64,000 nucleotides of DNA from Polyangiales bacterium (GTDB taxonomy: Bacteria; Myxococcota_A; Polyangia; Polyangiales; JADJQN01): contig CAXNJO010000001.1 in assembly GCA_964202905.1 (NCBI GenBank), positions 352,001 to 416,000 of the forward strand. Reading direction: 5' to 3'. The position numbers and the translations under genes were made by a program. The notes below the pieces were generated by a model. That model saw only the letters and a program-made list of their open reading frames with translations, did no database searches and was not told where the DNA came from. Below, in pieces: positions 1 through 15,083 of the stretch. How positions within the stretch are numbered: position 1 is the stretch's first letter; each line of letters starts with the position of its first letter.

Positions 1-1
1 C

Positions 2-862
2 ATCGCCGACTACCACGCGCTCACCGCCTCGCACGACCCGCGCGCGCTCCGCGCGCACGTCTACGACGTCGCGGCGACGTGGCTCGCGTGCGGCCTCGAT
101 CCGGCGCGCACGATCTTCTTCCGGCAGTCGGCGGTGCCCGAGGTCTTCGAGCTCACGTGGGTCTTCCAGTGCCTGCTCGCGACCGGGCAGCTCGAGCGCG
201 GCCACGCCTACAAAGACGCCCTCGCGCGGGGCGAGTCGCCGAACGCGGGGCTCTTCGCGTACCCGGCGCTCATGGCCGCGGACATCATCCTCTACGACGC
301 GGACCTCGTGCCCGTCGGCAAGGATCAGAAGCAGCACCTCGAACTCGCGCGCGACGTCGCCGTGCGCACGAACCACCTCTTCGGCGAGGGCACCGTGATC
401 GTGCCGGAGGCGGAGATCCGCAGCGAAGTGCTCGTGCCCGGGCTCGACGGCCGCAAGATGTCGAAGAGCTACGACAACTACGTGCCGATCTTCGCGACGC
501 AAAAAGAGCTGCGCGCGTCGATCATGAAGATCGTCACCGGCAGCGAGCCGCTCGAGGCGCCGAAAGAGCCGGACGGCACGACGGCCTTCACGCTGCTCCA
601 GCTCGTCGCGCCGCCCGAGGTCGCCGACGACCAGGCGCGCAGGCTCCGCGCGGGCGGCCACGGCTGGGGCCACCTGAAGCAGGCGCTCTTCGAGGCGATC
701 GACGCGGAGGTCGCGCCGCGGCGCGCGCTCTACACCGCGCTGCGCGCCGACGAGGCCGCGCTCGACCGCACGCTCGAGGCGGGCGCGTCGCAGGCGCGCG
801 CCATCGCACAGCGCACGATGCAGCGCGTCCGCGAGCGCATCGGCATCGCGCGCCCGGCCTGA
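2..862 (+). CDS. trpS: Tryptophanyl-tRNA synthetase (5' end outside window)
   Basis: Frame open from position 2 (IADYHALT); YPALMAADI, VPVGKDQKQHLE and KMSKS motifs. Confidence 0.96.
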   Translation: MADYHALTASHDPRALRAHVYDVAATWLACGLDPARTIFFRQSAVPEVFELTWVFQCLLATGQLERGHAYKDALARGESPNAGLFAYPALMAADIILYDADLVPVGKDQKQHLELARDVAVRTNHLFGEGTVIVPEAEIRSEVLVPGLDGRKMSKSYDNYVPIFATQKELRASIMKIVTGSEPLEAPKEPDGTTAFTLLQLVAPPEVADDQARRLRAGGHGWGHLKQALFEAIDAEVAPRRALYTALRADEAALDRTLEAGASQARAIAQRTMQRVRERIGIARPA

Positions 863-882
863 AGCGCGCCGCTCAGCGCGGC

Positions 883-1494
883 TCAGCCCTCGCGCGCGGA
901 GGCCGACGCGTCATTCCCGGCGCGCTCGGCGGGCGCGGTGTCGTCCGCGCTCCCCGCTCCGGCGGGCGCGTCGTCCGCTCGCCCGGTCGCCGCGGGTGCA
1001 GCAGGCACCGCGCCCTCCGCCGCCTCCGGCGTGTCCGACGCAGGCGACGCAGGCGGTGCCGCGAGGTCGAGGAGGCGCGCGTCCCCCGCGAGGATCGTCT
1101 CGCCGTCGAGCACGTACCCGCCGTCGCGGCGCACCCAGCGCTGGCGCACGCGCGTCGTCGCGAGGTCCATCGTGTCGAGCGCGTACCACTGCACGGTGAG
1201 CACGGCCGTCGCGCTCTCTTCGTCGCGCGCCATCCGCACCGAGGACACGTCGAGATCGGCGATCTCGAGCCGCTCGCCCCACCCGGCGTGCGCCCGCACG
1301 AAGCGCGCGCGGAAGGCGGGCGCGACTCGGTCGGCCGCGAGGTCGGCGCGCCCCCAACGGGTCTCGTCGACCATCCCGTGCACCGCGTCGGCGAGGGCGT
1401 CGGCGCGGCCCTGGTGGTTGAGCATGCAGGCGGGCGCGCCGAGCGAGACGACGAGCGCGAGCGCGACGGAGCGGGACGACGGGGGGCGGCGCAT
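883..1494 (-). CDS. Hypothetical lipoprotein with Ala/Pro-rich tail
   Basis: ATG at 1494; basic N-terminus, hydrophobic stretch and lipobox-like GAPAC; globular core ETRWGR...WYALD. Confidence 0.65.
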   Translation of the reverse strand: MRRPPSSRSVALALVVSLGAPACMLNHQGRADALADAVHGMVDETRWGRADLAADRVAPAFRARFVRAHAGWGERLEIADLDVSSVRMARDEESATAVLTVQWYALDTMDLATTRVRQRWVRRDGGYVLDGETILAGDARLLDLAAPPASPASDTPEAAEGAVPAAPAATGRADDAPAGAGSADDTAPAERAGNDASASAREG

Positions 1495-1566
1495 TCCGCG
1501 GACGCTAAGACCCGCCCCGCGCGCGCCGCAACAAAACGGCCGCCGCACCTGTTACCCTCGCGCCCG

Positions 1567-2721
1567 GTGGATCGCGGCGATCGACGTCATGACGCATCGC
1601 GTCATCGGCACGCTCCGTGGGCGCGGTCGGCCCTCGCGGGCGCGTTGCTCGGCCTCTCGGGCTGCACCGTCTACGACATCGCGCTCGTCTCCGATGGGGG
1701 CACCGCGCGCGACGCCGGGCCCCGGCGTGACGCGGGCGAGGCCTGCACGACCTGCCCGGCCGGTCGCCCGCCGCCGCGCCCCGCCGGCCCGGACGGCGAC
1801 GGCCCGGACGTCCTCTTCGCGCTGCGCGACATCCAGCTCGTCCAGGACCGCAACCGCTGGCGCACGATCGGCTACGACCTCGACGGCCTCGACACGCAGA
1901 CGGTCGACGACCCGTTCGAGTGCACCTCGACCCGCGCCGAACCCGAGACCGACGGCGAGGGCGGCGTCGACAACGCCTTCGGCCACCTCGTGACCCCGCT
2001 GCTGCTCGCCGCCGAGCCCGGCTTCGAGGCCGAGAGCAAGCGCTCGCAGACGCTGGGCCTCGGCGCGGTGCTCGTGCGCGTCACGGGGTGGAACGGCGCG
2101 CGCGACGACGCCCGCGTCTCGGTCACGCTCGCGCAGAGCGTGTTCGGCACGCCGAAGGTGGGCGGCGCCGTGCCCGACGCGAGCGTACCCGCGGGCGGCG
2201 TGGACTACGACGCCGGGGTCCCGCCGCTGCCGCGCTGGGACGGCGAGGACGCGTGGTGGGGCCGCGCGGACGGCTTCTTCAACGGCGATCCGTCGATGCC
2301 GCGCACCTCCGACGACAACGCCTGGGTCGCGGACGGCACCATCGTCATGCGCCTCCCGGACCGTCGCGACCTCGTGTTCTCCGGCGCCGAGCGCGGCGTG
2401 CAGTTCCGGCTCACCGACGCGACCTTCACCGCGCACATCCTCGAGGACGGCCGCACCGTCGACCGCGCCATCCTCGCCGGACGCTGGGCGGCGAACGACA
2501 TCCTCGACGCGATCCCCTTCGTCGGCGTGTGCCCGGGCTCGGACAACTACCGCCTGCTCGAGAACATCCTCGGCACCTCGGTCGACGTGCGCTCCGCGCC
2601 CGGCTCGGGCGGACCGGGCGTCGACTGCGACGCGCTCAGCGTCGGCCTCGCCTTCACCGGCGTCCGCGGCACCTGGGCGGGGACCGCGCCGGGCATCCCC
2701 CTCGTGAACCGCTGCCGCTAG
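1567..2721 (+). CDS. Myxobacterial hypothetical lipoprotein
   Basis: C-terminal part of ORF 79..2721; lipobox LLGLSGC, DGG/DAG linker, GYDLDGLDT...DGEGGVDNAFG acidic motif; GTG start at 1567 is tentative. Confidence 0.75.
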   Translation: MDRGDRRHDASRHRHAPWARSALAGALLGLSGCTVYDIALVSDGGTARDAGPRRDAGEACTTCPAGRPPPRPAGPDGDGPDVLFALRDIQLVQDRNRWRTIGYDLDGLDTQTVDDPFECTSTRAEPETDGEGGVDNAFGHLVTPLLLAAEPGFEAESKRSQTLGLGAVLVRVTGWNGARDDARVSVTLAQSVFGTPKVGGAVPDASVPAGGVDYDAGVPPLPRWDGEDAWWGRADGFFNGDPSMPRTSDDNAWVADGTIVMRLPDRRDLVFSGAERGVQFRLTDATFTAHILEDGRTVDRAILAGRWAANDILDAIPFVGVCPGSDNYRLLENILGTSVDVRSAPGSGGPGVDCDALSVGLAFTGVRGTWAGTAPGIPLVNRCR

Positions 2722-2848
2722 CAGAACCGTTGGAATCACCGGGATTTCGGGGGTCCCCGCGCCGGCCAAATCGTTGACGCGCGCGCGCTCAGCGTGGTTC
2801 GATGAGCGACTATTCCGCGGCATCGCCCATGCCGCGCAGGGGTACCCC

Positions 2849-9616
<6,768 letters not shown>

Positions 9617-9713
9617 TCGCGGCGCCGCGTTTCGTCCGCGCGCGGCCACGATCGCCCCATTTTTCGCCCGTTTCGCCGGCCTCCGTGCTCTAGGATGCGC
9701 GCGGAGCCCGCGC

Positions 9714-10659
9714 ATGCCCCTGTCGCTCTTCACCGGCACCTCGAACCCTGCGCTCGCCGCGGCCATCGCCGCGGGCCTCGGCGTGAACCTCGGTCGCGCC
9801 GAGGTCTCGCGCTTCCCCGACGGCGAGCTCCGCGTCGAGCTGCACGAGACGGTGCGCGGGCACGATGTCTACCTCGTGCAGCCCACGAGCCCGCCCGCCG
9901 AGGAGCACCTCTTCGTGCTCCTGCTGCTCGCGGACGCGTGCAAGCGCGCGGGCGCGCTGTCGCTCACGGCCGTCGTGCCGTACTTCGGCTACGCGCGTCA
10001 GGACCGCCGCGCGCAGGGCCGGCAGCCCGTCGCCGCGCGCCTCGTCGCCGACATGCTCGCGACGGCCGGCTTCGGCCGCGTCGTGGCCCTCGACCTCCAC
10101 AACCGCGCGATGGAGGGCATCTTCGGTGTGCCGCTCGAGCACGCCTCGGCCGTCCCGGCGCTGGTCGAGGCGATCCGCGAGGCGCATCCCGGAAGATGGT
10201 GTCGTCGTAGCCTCCGACCTCGGGGCGACCAAGCTCGCCGAGCTCTACGCGCGCCTGCTCGGCCTGCCGACGGCCCTCGTCCACAAGAAGCGCGTGAGCG
10301 GCGCCGAGGTGCAGGTGCGCGACATCACGGGCGAGGTCGCCGGGCGCTCACCCATCCTCGTCGATGACATGATCTCCACCGGCGGCACGCTCGTCGCCGC
10401 CGCGCGCTGCCTCCTCGAGGCGGGCGCGCGCCCCGCGTTCACCGTCGTCGCCACGCACGGCCTGCTGGTCGGCGACGCCGTGGAGCGCCTCGCCGCGCTG
10501 CCGCTCGCGCGCCTCGTGCTCACCGACACCGTCGTGCCACCGCCCGCCGCTGCCGCGCGCCTGCCGCTCACCACCGTCTCCGTCGCGCCGATCCTCGCCG
10601 AGGCCATCCGGCGCCTGCACGGCGGCGAGTCCCTCAGCGATCTCCTGAGCTGGGGCTGA
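9714..10659 (+). CDS. prs: Ribose-phosphate pyrophosphokinase, apparent +1 frameshift near 10189
   Basis: RFPDGE, PYFGYARQDRR and DLH in ORF 9714; VDDMISTGGT PRPP loop in ORF 9865; removing one C of ccc at 10188-10190 joins them. Confidence 0.9.
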
Positions 10660-10664
10660 GCGCC

Positions 10665-11243
10665 GTGAGCGCAGCGCGCAGCGCCTCCGACGCGACCGAC
10701 GCGCCACGCTTCCGCCGCGCGAACGCAGGCGACGTCGACGCCATCGTCGCGCTCGTCGAGAGCGCCTACCGCGGCCCCGCGAGCCGCGCGGGCTGGACGA
10801 CCGAGGCCGACCTCCTCGACGGCCAGCGCACCGACGCCGACGAGGTGCGCGCGCTCCTCGCCGACCCGCACGCCCGCCTCGTGCTCGCCACCGACGCCGA
10901 CGGCGCGCTCCTCGGCTGCGTGAAGGTCGAAGACGATGCCATCTCCAAAGAGGGTGTCGGTGCCGCATGGATCGGCATGTTCGCCGTGAACCCGACGCTC
11001 CAGACCCGCGGCCTCGGCCGCGCGCTCCTCGCCGAAGCCGAGCGCCTCGCCCGCACCGAGCTCGGCCGCTCGGTCGCGCGCATGACGGTGATCGCGCAGC
11101 GCGACGTGCTCCTCGCCTGGTACGCACGCTGCGGCTACGCCCCCACCGGCGCCACCCTGCCCTTCCCCTACGGCAACCCCCGCGCGGGCCTGCCGCGCCG
11201 CCCCGACCTGCACTTCGTCGTCCTCGAGAAGCGGCTGGGGTGA
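10665..11243 (+). CDS. GNAT family N-acetyltransferase
   Basis: MFAVNPTLQTRGLGRALL acetyl-CoA motif A; WYARCGY motif B; GWTTEA. Confidence 0.9.
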   Translation: MSAARSASDATDAPRFRRANAGDVDAIVALVESAYRGPASRAGWTTEADLLDGQRTDADEVRALLADPHARLVLATDADGALLGCVKVEDDAISKEGVGAAWIGMFAVNPTLQTRGLGRALLAEAERLARTELGRSVARMTVIAQRDVLLAWYARCGYAPTGATLPFPYGNPRAGLPRRPDLHFVVLEKRLG

Positions 11244-11282
11244 GGTGCGCGGCAGCGCGCGCGTCGTGTCACGCTCAGTGCC

Positions 11283-11617
11283 GTGGACGACGCGACCCTC
11301 ACCGCGATCCGCGAGGCCCTCACGCCGCTCGACGCCGTGCGCGTCGCGTTCGTCTTCGGCTCACGCGTCGCGGGCACGCCACGCCCCGACAGCGACAGCG
11401 ACCTCGACCTCGGCGTCCTCTTCGCGCGCGACGCCGACGCCATCGCGCTGCACGTCCGCATCTGCCGCGACTACGAAGACGACGCGCCGCGCCCTCTACC
11501 GCCGCGCGGCGATCGCGCGGTGGATCGGCAGGTAAGTCACCCACGCACGGCATCGCGCACGACTTCGACGATCTCAGCACCTTCGCGACCGCCGCCGCGA
11601 CCAGGATCGCGGCGTAG
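11283..11617 (+). pseudogene. Remnant of an MNT nucleotidyltransferase / HEPN (DUF86-like) toxin-antitoxin pair
   Basis: AFVFGSRVAGTPRPDSDSDLDLGV minimal-NTase motif, then loss of protein-like sequence; another frame ends IAHDFDDLSTFATAAATRIAA*, resembling a DUF86 C-terminal helix. Confidence 0.55.
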
Positions 11618-11751
11618 CAGACCACGGTGGCAGGCCCGTCGATGACATATCGGGTCGAAGCGTGTGAACCTCGCCGCGGCTCCCGCGCGAGACACCGGAC
11701 ACCGGGGCACGCCGCGCGAACCGCGAGGACGAAGGGCAGGATCGCGACCCG

Positions 11752-12594
11752 ATGACCGATTCGCGGAGGAACCTGCTGACGGCGCTCGCCCTGCTCGCCT
11801 TCGCGGGAAATTCGCTGCTCTGCCGGTTCGCCCTCGCGCACACGCGGCTCGACGCACCCACGTTCACCGCCGTGCGCCTCGCAGCCGGCGCGGCCGTGCT
11901 CGGTGTGCTCGCCCGCGCGCGCCGCACACAGCCACCAGGGCGCGGGAGCTGGGCGTCGGCGCTGGCGCTGTTCGGCTATGCCGCGGGGTTCTCGTTCGCG
12001 TACGAACAGCTCGACGCGGGCACGGGCGCGCTGCTGCTCTTCGGCGCGGTGCAAGCCACGATGATCGGGCGCGGCCTCGTCGCGGGGGAGCGGCTCCACG
12101 AGGTGCAGTGGCTCGGGCTGCTGCTCGCGCTCGGCGGGCTCGTCGCGCTCGTACGGCCGGGGCTCACGGCGCCGCCCGCAGTCGGCGCGGTGCTCATGGT
12201 CGGCGCCGGCGTCTCGTGGGGCGTGTATTCGCTGCGGGGCCGCGGCGCGGGAGACCCCCTCCGCGTCACGGCGGGCAACTTCCTCCGCGCGACACCCCTC
12301 GCCCTGGCGCTCGGCGTCGCGATGCACGCGCACGCATCCTGGGACGGCGAAGGCGTGCTCTACGCCCTGACCTCCGGCGCGCTCACCTCCGGCGTGGGTT
12401 ACGCGGTCTGGTATGCGGTGCTCCCGGGGCTGCCCGCCACCCGCGCGGCCACACTCCAGCTCGCCGTGCCCGTTCTCGCCGCATTCGGCGGCACGGCGCT
12501 CCTCGGTGAGCTGCCGAGTGCACGGCTCGTGGCGTCCTCTGCCGCCATCCTCGGCGGCGTTGCGCTCGCTCTGGCGTCGAAGCGCGCCGCCTGA
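11752..12594 (+). CDS. DMT/EamA family transporter
   Basis: About 10 hydrophobic helices in two halves; AFAGNSLLCR, FSFAY, GYAVWY. Confidence 0.9.
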   Translation: MTDSRRNLLTALALLAFAGNSLLCRFALAHTRLDAPTFTAVRLAAGAAVLGVLARARRTQPPGRGSWASALALFGYAAGFSFAYEQLDAGTGALLLFGAVQATMIGRGLVAGERLHEVQWLGLLLALGGLVALVRPGLTAPPAVGAVLMVGAGVSWGVYSLRGRGAGDPLRVTAGNFLRATPLALALGVAMHAHASWDGEGVLYALTSGALTSGVGYAVWYAVLPGLPATRAATLQLAVPVLAAFGGTALLGELPSARLVASSAAILGGVALALASKRAA

Positions 12595-12712
12595 CGCGGC
12601 CGGCGCACGCCCTGCGAATCAAGCATTGGACACATCCATGTGGGAGTGAGGCAGAGTCCATGAAGGGGATATGCCAATCCCCTCTTCGACGCCCATCCAC
12701 GACTGGTCGCGT

Positions 12713-14845
12713 CTACAGATCCTTCACCGTGCAAACCCGGTTTCGCCCCGCGTGCTTCGCGGCGTAGAGCGCTTTGTCCGTCGTGTCGAAGAGGTCGGTC
12801 GCCGTGGTCGCGTGCTGCGGGAAGGTGGCGACGCCGAGGGACGCGGTCACGCGCAGCTTGCCGAGCTCCGTCTGGAACACCGTCTCGCCGAGCACCTCGC
12901 GCACGCGCTCGGCGAGCTGGACGGCGCCCTCGATATCCGTCTCTTCGCAGAGCACGCAGAACTCCTCGCCACCGAAGCGGGCGACGAGATCCGTCTCGCG
13001 CTTCACGCGCCGGAGGATCGCGCCGAGCTCCTTGATGACGACGTCGCCCGTGCCGTGGCCGTAGGTGTCGTTGACGGCCTTGAAGTGGTCGATGTCCGTG
13101 ACGACGAGCGAGAGGCGGCGGCCGAAGCGCTCCGCGGCCTTGATGCGGCGCTCGAGCTCGTCGAGGAAGGTCCGCTTGTTGAGGCAGCCCGTGAGGCCGT
13201 CCGTGGTCGCGAGCTCTTCGAGACGGCGCACGCTCTCGGCGTTCGCGAGCGAGACGGCGAGCTGGTTCGCGAGCACCTGCAACGTCGGGCGCACCGCGCC
13301 GCCGAAGGCCTCGCGGCGGCGCGCGGCGAGGCAGAGCGTGCCGAGCGCGTCCTCGCGCACGACGAGCGGCAGGATGAGCAGGGACTCCATCCCGGTGAGG
13401 TTCGCCTTCTTCGTGTAGACGACGTGCTGCGAAGGGTCGAAGTCGCCGCGGTAGGGCAGGAAATGGCGGTTTTTCACGGCCATCGCCGTGAGCGAGGTGT
13501 TGTCGCGGAAGCTCAGCTTCGCGAGCGCCGCCGCGCCCTCGCCGACCGCGCGCCGCACCGTGTGCATCCGCTGTGCGCCGTCGTAGAGCGTGACGGCCGC
13601 GAAGTCGAAGGCCGCGATCTCCGCGGCTGCCGCGAGCCCCGCGTCGAGCACCGCCTCGCCCGAGAGCGCGGCGCCGAGCGCCTGCGACGCGCGGTGCAAC
13701 ACGGTCTGCTCGCGCTTGCTGCGCTCGAGCTGGACGAAGACGCGCTCGTTCTGCACGGCGCGCAGCACCTGGTGCACGGCGCCCTTGAGGATCTCCTCCT
13801 CGCGCGCGTCGAAAGGCCGGTCGTCGCGGCGGTCGGCACAGAGCGCGCCGCGCAGCACGCCGTTCTCGAGCACCGGCACGCCGAGGAAGCTGCGCACCTG
13901 CGCTGGGCTGCGGTAGTAGCAAAGCCCCTTGTAGCCGGCCTTCAGGTGCTCGAGGTTCATCACGAGCCCGCGCTTCGCGACCGCGCCGACGGCGCCCTCG
14001 CCCGCGCTGAAGGGCCCCTCCGCGAGGTCGTCGGTGTCGGAGACGAGCTCGACGATGCGCATCGTCTCCGGCGCGCCATCGGCCCGCTCGTCGACGAAGA
14101 AGAGCACGCAGGTGTGCAGCTCCAGCGTGCGCTTGAGCAGCTCGAGCGTGAAGTAGAGCGCCTCGTGCACCTCGTCGAGCGACGCGCGGAACACGCGCTC
14201 CTCGTCGCGCGCGGCGCTGTCCGTCGCCGCCCCGACGAGCCGGAAGAGCCGCGCGTCCTCGTGCACGCGCGCCTTCGCCTCCGCGAGCTCGCGGTTGCTG
14301 CGCTCGCGGACACGCGCGATCTCGACGCGCGTGAACACGAGGTTGAGCAGGCCGAACGAGATGACGAAGAGCGCGTGCAGCGCGAGCGGTCGCACATCGG
14401 TGTGCCCCTCGCCGACGAGGTAGAGCACCGCCTCGAAGATCACCGCGACGACGACGAGCACGGTGCCGACCGGCTTGCGCGCGAAGGACGCGAGCAGCGC
14501 GACGACGACGTAGACGAGCGGATAGAACGGCCCCGTCAGCCCGCCGCCGAGCTGCACGCACGCGTGCACGGCGACGAGCAGCAGCGCGCCGAGCTCGAGG
14601 TCGAGCAGCTTGCCCGGCGCCGCGCCCTCGTCCGCGTCCCGCGCGCGCAGGCGCTGCGCGACGCGCACGCCGAACACGAGCGCCCACACCGTCGCGACGA
14701 GCGCGTGCTCGAGCCCGAGCTGCGCGGGCGCCACGCGGAACACACCGAGCACGTCGAGCACCGCGAGGCCGAGCGCCGCGGCGAGCCCCAGCGACGCGCG
14801 CGTGGTGCGGCGGATCGAGAGGGCGGCGTGGACGAGCGTGGACAT
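12713..14845 (-). CDS. dmxA: Membrane-anchored GAF-GAF-GGDEF diguanylate cyclase, DmxA-like
   Basis: N-terminal TM helices, two GAF-like regions, TDGLTG, DIDHFKAVNDTYGH, I-site RETD, GGEEF; architecture and ftsB proximity match DmxA (the cyclase call is firmer than the orthology). Confidence 0.85.
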   Translation of the reverse strand: MSTLVHAALSIRRTTRASLGLAAALGLAVLDVLGVFRVAPAQLGLEHALVATVWALVFGVRVAQRLRARDADEGAAPGKLLDLELGALLLVAVHACVQLGGGLTGPFYPLVYVVVALLASFARKPVGTVLVVVAVIFEAVLYLVGEGHTDVRPLALHALFVISFGLLNLVFTRVEIARVRERSNRELAEAKARVHEDARLFRLVGAATDSAARDEERVFRASLDEVHEALYFTLELLKRTLELHTCVLFFVDERADGAPETMRIVELVSDTDDLAEGPFSAGEGAVGAVAKRGLVMNLEHLKAGYKGLCYYRSPAQVRSFLGVPVLENGVLRGALCADRRDDRPFDAREEEILKGAVHQVLRAVQNERVFVQLERSKREQTVLHRASQALGAALSGEAVLDAGLAAAAEIAAFDFAAVTLYDGAQRMHTVRRAVGEGAAALAKLSFRDNTSLTAMAVKNRHFLPYRGDFDPSQHVVYTKKANLTGMESLLILPLVVREDALGTLCLAARRREAFGGAVRPTLQVLANQLAVSLANAESVRRLEELATTDGLTGCLNKRTFLDELERRIKAAERFGRRLSLVVTDIDHFKAVNDTYGHGTGDVVIKELGAILRRVKRETDLVARFGGEEFCVLCEETDIEGAVQLAERVREVLGETVFQTELGKLRVTASLGVATFPQHATTATDLFDTTDKALYAAKHAGRNRVCTVKDL

Positions 14846-14997
14846 GCGCGGGATGCTCAGCGGATATCGGAGACCGCGCAGGCGGTCCACAAATCGGCGG
14901 TGCGCGTGTGGCCGCGGCTTCGCTTGGAACTCCACGGTGGGAATGAACCGCGATTCAATCCCGCGACGACGTACCGCACGCGCAGCGTGAAACATTC

Positions 14998-15046
14998 AAA
15001 AAACGCCGCGCGGCGCCGTCCCGTCGGAGAGCGCGCCGCGCGGCGT
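14998..15046 (-). terminator. Rho-independent terminator of the Cys-rich lipoprotein gene
   Basis: 14-bp inverted repeat acgccgcgcggcgc (15003-15016) / gcgccgcgcggcgt (15033-15046) followed by a T tract on the minus strand. Confidence 0.75.
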
Positions 15047-15083
15047 GTCGTGGCCGCCCGGGCGGCCGTCTCAGCGGGTCAGC

